DNA of 64,000 nt from a virus. The DNA is taken from IMG/VR virus record IMGVR_UViG_3300032285_004008; one strand, written 5' to 3'. Both the position numbers and the translations under genes were made by a program. The notes under the pieces were generated by a model that worked only from the letters and a program-made list of their open reading frames with translations, did no database searches and had not been told where the DNA came from. Shown here one piece after another: positions 8,280-15,775 of this stretch (positions within the stretch are counted from its first letter, which is position 1; every line of letters begins with the position of its first letter).

Positions 8280-8462
8280 CTAGAAGACCGTTACTCCAAG
8301 CGGTGTTGTCTTCACGAGCAGCCATTCGACATGCCGTGATTCGTTAGAAGTTGCGGATCGCAGCTGAGCTTCAGCTTCCCGTTCGGTTTCAGCAAATGCT
8401 AGAACTCGCCCGTTTAGTGCTGGGTCATCGGCTTTTGTGATGAGATACTCGTATGCGTTCAT
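8280..8462 (-). CDS. Hypothetical protein
   Basis: 60 aa; leaderless promoter with TTGCAA -35 and TAACCT-N6-ATG. Confidence 0.6.
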   Translation of the reverse strand: MNAYEYLITKADDPALNGRVLAFAETEREAEAQLRSATSNESRHVEWLLVKTTPLGVTVF

Positions 8463-8502
8463 GAGTCCAGGTTAGCATGCCCGTGCCGTTATTGCAAATT
8501 GA

Positions 8503-8811
8503 CTAGTGAGCAAGCCTGTCCATGAACCGTGCCGACCTTGGAAAGAATCCTTGATTGATTGGAAGCTCGAGAAAGTCGCGGGCCGTTAACTTCCCACCAA
8601 TCCGATTCTCTAGGCAGCCGATGCATAGCATCACATCCTCGCCGCAATAGTCATCCGCGTAGATGGTACCTAACTTCCACAGTTCATCCTCAACCATGTA
8701 GTACTCGTTGGCTTCCAAAGTATTGACCGTGCAGTCCCAGCAATTGAATGCAGTGTAGCAGCGTGCCGTTGAGCATCCGTCAGAGCAGATGCACTTCTCG
8801 TGAATAGTCAT
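8503..8811 (-). CDS. Cys-rich actinophage hypothetical protein
   Basis: CWDC..EYYMV..W..LCIGCLE.RIG pattern; TTGACA..TACAGT-N6-ATG promoter. Confidence 0.7.
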   Translation of the reverse strand: MTIHEKCICSDGCSTARCYTAFNCWDCTVNTLEANEYYMVEDELWKLGTIYADDYCGEDVMLCIGCLENRIGGKLTARDFLELPINQGFFPRSARFMDRLAH

Positions 8812-8901
8812 GAGTTCACTGTAGCAAGCGCTCGCCGTTTTGTCAACCGGGCCCTGGCCGCGTGTCGAGTCTAACCGTTCGTTGGAAGTTGAGATCCGAA
8901 T

Positions 8902-9597
8902 CTACCGGCCGTCTCTTGTCCCATCGCGACGTAGTCCTTGTTCGTTGTACATCGAAATGAAGGATGGCAGCACGTAACGGTGCGGGCCTGCAAGAGGCGG
9001 CTTCACTCCGTGAGGGTAATCCGCGGTACCTGGGAAGAGCATCATCGCACCAGCCGGTACACGTAACTCGAGGTTCCTTGTTGGGAAGATGAGCTCGCCG
9101 CCGTTGTAGTCATCGTTGACGTAGATGATTGCAGCATATGCAACATATGGGTCCGTGTAGTTATCGACGTGCACTCTTAGCTCCGCGCCGTCGTATTGGC
9201 GCTGGATGGTACCCAGGCCGTTGTAGTACAAGAAATCGTACGGGCGGATGATGTCTTCAACTTGCCGGTTTAGCTTCTCCGTCAAATCACGAACCGTGTG
9301 AAGATGCAGATTCTTATCCGCCCAGTCCCAAGTGATCTCGAGCTTGCCGTCTTTATTCAGCTGCTCGATGTCACGCGTGCCGTGTTCTCGTTCGGCATGG
9401 TCGCGAAGGTGGTCCATGTAGTGGCCAAGCCAATCCTCCGGGCCGTATGTAACAACCTCGTCCATGATTCGCTTGCGGTCTTCAACATTGAGGAAATTCT
9501 TAATCATGAAGACGTGATCGTCGATCTCATCAACTTCCCAGCCCTGTGCTTCAATATCTGATTTGCGAACAGCTAGCATTTCCTGCTCCGTTAACAT
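8902..9597 (-). CDS. 2OG-Fe(II) oxygenase, prolyl-4-hydroxylase-like (#1)
   Basis: HVD..YVNDDYNGGELIF..HGV..RY. Confidence 0.9.
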   Translation of the reverse strand: MLTEQEMLAVRKSDIEAQGWEVDEIDDHVFMIKNFLNVEDRKRIMDEVVTYGPEDWLGHYMDHLRDHAEREHGTRDIEQLNKDGKLEITWDWADKNLHLHTVRDLTEKLNRQVEDIIRPYDFLYYNGLGTIQRQYDGAELRVHVDNYTDPYVAYAAIIYVNDDYNGGELIFPTRNLELRVPAGAMMLFPGTADYPHGVKPPLAGPHRYVLPSFISMYNEQGLRRDGTRDGR

Positions 9598-9600
9598 CCG

Positions 9601-10242
9601 TTACTCCTCGACGGTTTGTATGAATGAAGGCAGCACATACCTGGTTGGACCTGGCCCTACTGGATGCACGCCGTGTTTGTATTCGTTGGTTGTTGGAAAG
9701 AAGATGACGGATCCGGCCGGCGGCCTAACTTCCAACGAACGTGTTGGGAAGTACAGCTCGCCGCCAGTGTAATCATCATTCAAATAAAAGATTACCGCAT
9801 AGACAACAGCGGGTTCGGAATCACCATCCGTGTGAAGTTTGAGCTCCGCACCGAATGGCTGCCGCTGAGCATTACCGATGCCTCGGAATTCCAGGTGACC
9901 GTAAGGTTCAACTAGAGTCTGAATCTTTTCATCAAGTTCGTCAATAGTTGCTGATGGCTGCAGCTGGATCGTTTTATCAATCCACTCTTCATCCAGTGAG
10001 AGCACGCCGTCTTCGATGAGCTCCTCCATTGTTCGACCGAACTGACGCAGCGCGTACTCACGCATGCCGGTTACGTAGTTTTCTTTCCAGGCATCGTCAG
10101 TGTAGCTCTCGATCTCAGATAGCAGCAGGCCGCGTTCGTCGGATGTTAATACCCCCTTGACAAGAAACACCTGGTCATCGAGTACTTCCGGCGTCCAGCC
10201 AATTCGTTGGAAGTCTGAGATCTGCAACATGTTTTGAATCAT
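9601..10242 (-). CDS. 2OG-Fe(II) oxygenase, P4H-like (#2)
   Basis: HTD..YLNDDYTGGELYF..HGV..RY. Confidence 0.9.
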   Translation of the reverse strand: MIQNMLQISDFQRIGWTPEVLDDQVFLVKGVLTSDERGLLLSEIESYTDDAWKENYVTGMREYALRQFGRTMEELIEDGVLSLDEEWIDKTIQLQPSATIDELDEKIQTLVEPYGHLEFRGIGNAQRQPFGAELKLHTDGDSEPAVVYAVIFYLNDDYTGGELYFPTRSLEVRPPAGSVIFFPTTNEYKHGVHPVGPGPTRYVLPSFIQTVEE

Positions 10243-10252
10243 AGCACAGATT

Positions 10253-11101
10253 CTAATCGATCACAAAAAGCTTGGTCATCGCGGCGAGTCTCTTCAGGGT
10301 ACCGGCCTCCGGGGCTCCGTTAGCTTCAGATCCTACACGTCCGATGTTTCGTTGGAAGCGAGCAAACGCGCTCGCGGTAGCTCCATCCCACTTTCCTTCT
10401 TCAGCCCCTGAGATGTCGGTTACCTGGGAAAGCGCTAATTGAACAGCGGTTACGTGTTTGTTCTTAGATCCTGGCTGCAACTTCCTAACATCAACCGTTA
10501 GAAGTTGAGCTGCAGCTTCTGCTAGCTGAGCTAGTTCGATCCGATCTGCAGCGCTGAACTTCTTACGAATCCAGGCCGTTAGTTCCTTCCAGGCCGCCGC
10601 AGCTTGTACGTACAACAACTTCCGAATTCCTCGTTCGAAGTTAGCGGGCCGCAAGAAGATCGCAACATCAGTTGTGTATCGGATCCGTTGATGCACGCCG
10701 TCGAACTGTTGGTAAGAAGTTGATCCGGTCACGTTACCTTCAACGGTTAGGAACCGGCCGTTTGATTTGAACTCACGAGTATCTACTACCACGCCGCAGT
10801 GTGGCGCAGCAAAGCTTGATCCGTTAGTTACCGTGATTGATGAGAAGTTGAAGATCGCGATATCACCTGGCTGAGGCTTCTTACGAAGCTGGCCGTTACG
10901 TGCGAATTCCGCGAGCGCGGCTGGACTATAAACGAAGCTCGGTATATCCAGGCCGCTCTCCCGGGCGATCACATCAATGAACGAGCCGGACCACACCGTG
11001 GAATCATACCCTACGCGCTCGCCGAATATGTTCCGTCCAAGAAGCTCGGACTTATATCCGGTGTAGCGGCGGGCCGCTGCAATAAACGCATCTACCGTCA
11101 T
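10253..11101 (-). CDS. CHAP-like domain plus C-terminal peptidoglycan-binding domain (expected catalytic Cys is Ser)
   Basis: WSGSF, PQPGDIAIF, HCGVV, TVEGN; VQLAL..GKWD..T..A..RFQ PG-binding pattern. Confidence 0.75.
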   Translation of the reverse strand: MTVDAFIAAARRYTGYKSELLGRNIFGERVGYDSTVWSGSFIDVIARESGLDIPSFVYSPAALAEFARNGQLRKKPQPGDIAIFNFSSITVTNGSSFAAPHCGVVVDTREFKSNGRFLTVEGNVTGSTSYQQFDGVHQRIRYTTDVAIFLRPANFERGIRKLLYVQAAAAWKELTAWIRKKFSAADRIELAQLAEAAAQLLTVDVRKLQPGSKNKHVTAVQLALSQVTDISGAEEGKWDGATASAFARFQRNIGRVGSEANGAPEAGTLKRLAAMTKLFVID

Positions 11102-11146
11102 TATGTTCCTTCGTTAAAAGTTAAGGATCTGAGCTAGCTGCAGTTA

Positions 11147-11398
11147 CTAGTCCGTTTCAGGAAGTTGTTCGGAAGATAGCTCGAGTACTTGATTGTACAA
11201 GTTCTCGGCTTCCTGGGCAAGAGCGGTTAATCGGATGTGCTCGATACGGGTACCTGCATTGTTTATATCCGCTTTGAGGTTTTCGTACAAGTTGCTGGCC
11301 GCTATTACCAGATCTTCTTTTTGTTCTTTATTCACTAGCGGTTTCTTCCTTGTCCGTTTCAACGACTTCTGCATCAATGATGTCTTTTTCGGGTTCAA
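11147..11398 (-). CDS. Hypothetical protein (true start probably near 11334)
   Basis: ORF fills the gap between its neighbours. Confidence 0.5.
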   Translation of the reverse strand: MNPKKTSLMQKSLKRTRKKPLVNKEQKEDLVIAASNLYENLKADINNAGTRIEHIRLTALAQEAENLYNQVLELSSEQLPETD

Positions 11399-12236
11399 CG
11401 TGAAGTCCCGCTTCAGCTAGTCTAGCAGCAGCTGAAATTGCACCTTGGGCGAGACGGTCAAGACGCTCGGCAATCACACTAGCAGCAGGCCGCACATCAA
11501 GGTTCACCGTTGTGTCTATCTCCACGCCGCCTCGAACTCCGGCACGATCTAGGATCTCCGTTGCAGCTTTCAACTTCACCGGTTCTGACTCCGCGTTCTC
11601 CATCAGATCTTCGAGTAGATCTACTGCGTACGGGGCCGCCTGTACCAACTTCGCACGAGCCCGTTCGATGTCGTCACTCGTTTTATGTTTGACGGATCTT
11701 AAGTGGATACGGCACAGGCCGTCATCTTTTGGACGGCCGCTGCTCCACAACATACAACGAATACCGTCATCTTTGATCTGGCGGCAGCGGTGGGGTTGGG
11801 CTAGAGGTTGACGCTTCGGGTTAAGTACACCCGTTTCCTGTTCTTTCAAATAGAGGCGGGTACTATGTACAACCCAAGGCGGTACTAAGTAGTCGCTCGC
11901 CTCTTCCGCTAGAAGATCCAGGCCGGTGATAAAGTCCGAGTTGTTGTCCGTCGGAACCATGAGAAGTGGGCGCTTTTCGGCAAGAGATTGGAGGCGACGC
12001 TCCATCCGACTTTCAACGCTTCGTGCGAAGATGAGTCCGGTAGCTTGGCCCGTTGTTGAATAAACAGGATCCCAAGACATACGCGCTCGCCGTAGGATAG
12101 CACGGTTTTGAAAGTTATCTTCGCAAACGCCCCTATCAACTTCTTCAATACCGAGAAGGGAAAGGTCGGGGCGGAGGTCGATAGGTTCATCAACCCGAGG
12201 AGCTAAGTCAGCCGGGTCTTCGTCTTTTTCGAACAT
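11328..12236 (-). CDS. Putative terminase small subunit-like DNA-binding protein
   Basis: C-x8-C..LCRIH zinc-like motif followed by A..L..LM....SE.VKLKAATEILDRAG helices, as seen in TerS-like phage proteins. Confidence 0.5.
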   Translation of the reverse strand: MFEKDEDPADLAPRVDEPIDLRPDLSLLGIEEVDRGVCEDNFQNRAILRRARMSWDPVYSTTGQATGLIFARSVESRMERRLQSLAEKRPLLMVPTDNNSDFITGLDLLAEEASDYLVPPWVVHSTRLYLKEQETGVLNPKRQPLAQPHRCRQIKDDGIRCMLWSSGRPKDDGLCRIHLRSVKHKTSDDIERARAKLVQAAPYAVDLLEDLMENAESEPVKLKAATEILDRAGVRGGVEIDTTVNLDVRPAASVIAERLDRLAQGAISAAARLAEAGLHVEPEKDIIDAEVVETDKEETASE

Positions 12237-12505
12237 CGTTCTCTCCGTTGGAAGTTGGCTTGTGGATATCTACAAAAGTTACCCTATTGTTTAGAAGTTA
12301 CAAGCCGTCATAAGTGTTAGGTGACGATGGCTCTGCCGACTGGGGAGAGGACTTGCGGGAGAACCACCGTCCTATTAATTTTACGCTATGGCAAATCCTG
12401 TGATTTGTCGTAGGGTATAGTCAAAAAGTTTTTTTGCCCGTGGACAGGGAGACGCCAGGGTAATCTCTTTACATTAACAACGAATGTACTCTAGTACAGT
12501 TCTTA

Positions 12506-12775
12506 CTAGTTGATTCGTTTAGCGGTCTTGTTGTTTAGCTTGCCGCTCAGTAGTCTAAATCGACCTTGCTCATCGCGAAGGAACTGTCTAGAGTTATCCT
12601 TCGCTCTCGCTGATTTTTGTTTTTGCTTCTCTAAATGAACTGACTCAACATCGTCTAAATGAACATAGCCAGGGTGGGCTAACTTAAGTGAACCGTCTTC
12701 AATCCAGTTGTAGATTGTTTTATAGCTGACGCCGATAACGATAGCGGCTACCCTAATCTTTGTCATTTTTCTCAT
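12506..12775 (-). CDS. Excisionase/MerR-like HTH protein
   Basis: AAIVIGVSYKTIYNWIEDGSL. Confidence 0.75.
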   Translation of the reverse strand: MRKMTKIRVAAIVIGVSYKTIYNWIEDGSLKLAHPGYVHLDDVESVHLEKQKQKSARAKDNSRQFLRDEQGRFRLLSGKLNNKTAKRIN

Positions 12776-12777
12776 GG

Positions 12778-13245
12778 CTAAACACTATCACTCTTGACCC
12801 ACCAACCGCGGTGGTCTTTCTTTAATTTCTTAACTTGCTCTCGAAGCTCTTCGATTCTATCTCGGTGGTGAATCCTATCTTCGATTTGACTTGGCAAAGC
12901 TAGAATTTCATATCGGTCTACGGCAAAGTGAATTTTGTTTCCATAGACATAGTGTCTTTTAATATACCCCATTTGAGCATAATAGCTAATCATCCTGGTC
13001 CCGACCTTTAGGATGTCTGCTGCTTCTTTGGTTGAGATTAGTCTTCCGGAATATCTCTTGAGGATAATCTCAAACTTGGAAAGTCCCATGATGTTTTTGA
13101 CTTCTTCAGAGTCAACTAAATAATTCCTCTTGTGAAAGTTAGCTGTTGGGTATTTCTTCAAGAGTCCGCTCTTGGTCCAATGAGTAATCATTGTGTCAGT
13201 TACGAATGCAAGTTTTGCTGCTTCATGTGGAGTGATTAATGGCAT
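12778..13245 (-). CDS. Tandem MerR-like HTH protein
   Basis: LITPHEAAKL..W.KSGLL and LISTKEAADILKV..Y..MGYI; TATACT-N6-ATG start. Confidence 0.75.
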   Translation of the reverse strand: MPLITPHEAAKLAFVTDTMITHWTKSGLLKKYPTANFHKRNYLVDSEEVKNIMGLSKFEIILKRYSGRLISTKEAADILKVGTRMISYYAQMGYIKRHYVYGNKIHFAVDRYEILALPSQIEDRIHHRDRIEELREQVKKLKKDHRGWWVKSDSV

Positions 13246-13340
13246 GTCATGAGTATAAAGAAAACGGACCCCAAACGCAAGTTTGAGATCCGTTTTCCAA
13301 ACTCCAGAAGGCAACCATATACTGACTGGAGTTTTAACCC

Positions 13341-13895
13341 TTACTTCTTTTTCGGGGCTGGCTTTTTCTTCTTAGCAACAGGAGTATCAGCAATGTCCTT
13401 CTTGATAGCATCCTTCTTTGCAGTGGTCTTAGCAACTGGCTTCTTTTCAGTAGCCTTAGCCTTAGCCTTAGCCTTAGCCTTCTTGTTCTCAGCAACCTTC
13501 TTGTTGATTCCATCAATCACGGCTGGCTTCTGAACAATGCCCTTAGCCTTCATGGCTTCTGCATCTTCGATGACCTGCTGTAGCTTTGGCTTACGTGCTG
13601 GCTTAGTAGCGGAAGCTGCTTCAATCTTAGAAGTCACGCTCTTTGCGTAAGTCTTCTTTTCATCTCCAGCCTTGCAGTAGCACTTATCTCCCTGACCACA
13701 AACACATGCTGGGTTGTCGTTAGCAGTTGCTTTCACAGTGGTAATCTTTGTGTGGTCTACTGGACACTTTGCTTCCTGCTTGTCTTCCATAACCCAGCGA
13801 CCCATATCATCACGCTTGATAAACATCGGACCGTGCTCATTTGGCAGAGCCTTACCGCCTCGTAGAATCCTACGAATTTTGTTAAAGATTCCCAT
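13341..13895 (-). CDS. Basic protein with a histone H1-like Lys/Ala/Pro tail and Cys motifs
   Basis: KKAKAKAKAKATEKKPVAK..KKKKPAPKKK; KCPVDH; CVCGQGDKCYC. Confidence 0.7.
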   Translation of the reverse strand: MGIFNKIRRILRGGKALPNEHGPMFIKRDDMGRWVMEDKQEAKCPVDHTKITTVKATANDNPACVCGQGDKCYCKAGDEKKTYAKSVTSKIEAASATKPARKPKLQQVIEDAEAMKAKGIVQKPAVIDGINKKVAENKKAKAKAKAKATEKKPVAKTTAKKDAIKKDIADTPVAKKKKPAPKKK

Positions 13896-14124
13896 CTTCC
13901 ATACCTTTCCAGATATCTTCTAGTTGATCGACATCCACAACTGGGTCGATTTTGTTGATAATACTCCAAATGTATTCAGTTAGAGTATCGGCTACTTGCA
14001 CATCGAGTACATCATAGTCAGTCAGAATTTGTAGATGCGCTTCGATCTGACGACCCGCTTCTTCCTTCATCATCGTTACCACACTCCTTGCATTGACAGT
14101 ACCACTTTTTCTCGTAATATTCAA
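13882..14124 (-). CDS. Hypothetical protein
   Basis: 80-aa ORF overlapping the next start. Confidence 0.6.
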   Translation of the reverse strand: MNITRKSGTVNARSVVTMMKEEAGRQIEAHLQILTDYDVLDVQVADTLTEYIWSIINKIDPVVDVDQLEDIWKGMEDGNL

Positions 14125-14184
14125 TTACCTTTTTGCAGTCTTTATGAAAGCCAGTCATACACCAGCCACATTTCATTCTGCTCA

Positions 14185-14658
14185 CTACCGATTCCTACGG
14201 CATTCAGCACAGAGCATAACATTGTAGCCTTTGTCTTCATAAAGAATAACTCCACGCTCACTAACTGGAACTGGACTCAAATCCAAAGTTGATCCACATG
14301 GTCCACAAGTAGGAGTCCCAATCCACTCGAGTTTCTGTCCTGCCTTCTCAGCATCTCTGATACCTTGAGCCAAAGCATGCATAGGTCCAGGACCAGTAGT
14401 CTTGCGTAAAAAGATTCGAGTATCTTCTACAGTCAAAATCAATTGCTTCTTTTGGCATTTACAGTTTTGCTTATTCGCAGTGCAGAACTGAGCTCCTGCG
14501 CTAGTCACATCATGAAAACCATCCGCATGGCCGCACATGCAGATTGATTTACTCTTGGCTTTAACCTTCTTAGCTTCCTCAAGCACTTGGTCAATATCCT
14601 CAGCGGTGAAGTCAAAAACTGAAAGCAAGCTCTTGTTGTTATTTTCTTCCATAACCAT
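14185..14658 (-). CDS. Cys/His-rich zinc-binding protein
   Basis: CMCGH..H..C..CKC and CGPC..CAEC. Confidence 0.7.
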   Translation of the reverse strand: MVMEENNNKSLLSVFDFTAEDIDQVLEEAKKVKAKSKSICMCGHADGFHDVTSAGAQFCTANKQNCKCQKKQLILTVEDTRIFLRKTTGPGPMHALAQGIRDAEKAGQKLEWIGTPTCGPCGSTLDLSPVPVSERGVILYEDKGYNVMLCAECRRNR

Positions 14659-14699
14659 ATCCTTTCGCTTGACATTTCATTTGTCAAGTCCATTTTCTG

Positions 14700-15230
14700 T
14701 CAAGTCCATTCTAACACCTATTTATATCTATTTATATTTATCATAGCTATTTAACCTATTTGACTGAACTTTACTAAAGGAATGACCCATACGTACACAC
14801 GCGTAGTACTAGATTAATCAAATAGGTTAAATAGATATAAATAGGTAGGTTATTATCAAATTTTTTATCTTTTTAAAACTTGTTTTTCTTGATAATACCT
14901 TACCCTGTATTATCACCTTTTTAGCATCTAATATTATTTTTTCTTGATAATAACTTTACTTGCTTTTACTTCATATTTATAGTAGAATACACTACCACTA
15001 TGCTACACTTCAAGTACCTATTTAACCTATTTAATTTAATTTATAGAGAGAAAAAATATCTAAGATTTTTCCCATTTAACTAGCAAAATAGGTCAGATAG
15101 ATTGAATAGGTTAGAGCCAAGATTAGATATCAAATCGTTACATATCAACTTCCAACGAATCTTTTTATCACTCGTCAGAAGATAATATATTAATTAATTC
15201 TAAAAATAACCACCAAATTTAAGATTTACA
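14700..15230. other. AT-rich non-coding region with clustered CTATTT/AATAG repeats, putative replication origin
   Basis: About 0.5 kb with no convincing gene, at the - to + strand switch, with inverted repeat clusters. Confidence 0.5.
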
Positions 15231-15238
15231 ATAGTTCC

Positions 15239-15490
15239 ATGGAGCCGTACGATATTCTCACCCCAGATTATAGGGACCCGCTTAGACGCGCATTAGACCG
15301 TATAGAGCTCTGTACTTTTGCTATACAAGAAGCGCATTACGAAGTAGAACCACCCCAGGACCCAGAACACAAGGCTGACCTTCTACTTGCAGTTGAAGCT
15401 TTGGCACTCGAAGCTATAGACCTTTTGCACACGACAAAGTTATTTGTGTGGGGTCCAGAATCGGAATCAGAAGAAGACGAAAAAGATTAG
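15239..15490 (+). CDS. Hypothetical acidic protein
   Basis: TACAAT-N6-ATG leaderless start. Confidence 0.65.
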   Translation: MEPYDILTPDYRDPLRRALDRIELCTFAIQEAHYEVEPPQDPEHKADLLLAVEALALEAIDLLHTTKLFVWGPESESEEDEKD

Positions 15491-15699
15491 TTCTTACCCT
15501 TGTTCCTAGGGAATCTAGGAGGGTAGATTAGCTTTGTTAGGACGATCTGTCCTTCAACAGTCTTACGCAGTTCGCGGATAGATGGCATAACGCGTAGCCA
15601 AAAATAGATAGCGAAGCCAACAATAAAAGTCAGCCAGATAGCAAATATTACTATAAGTGCTATATCCCAGGTTTCCGCGTTTTCTACCATAGAAATCAT
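15487..15699 (-). CDS. Small single-TM membrane protein
   Basis: Hydrophobic IALIVIFAIWLTFIVGFAIYFWL. Confidence 0.55.
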   Translation of the reverse strand: MISMVENAETWDIALIVIFAIWLTFIVGFAIYFWLRVMPSIRELRKTVEGQIVLTKLIYPPRFPRNKGKN

Positions 15700-15775
15700 T
15701 ATAGTGCCCGCCCTACATTGCTGATAAAATAGTACAGGGAGAGACCGCCAAATACAATACCGCTAAGGCCGTCTC

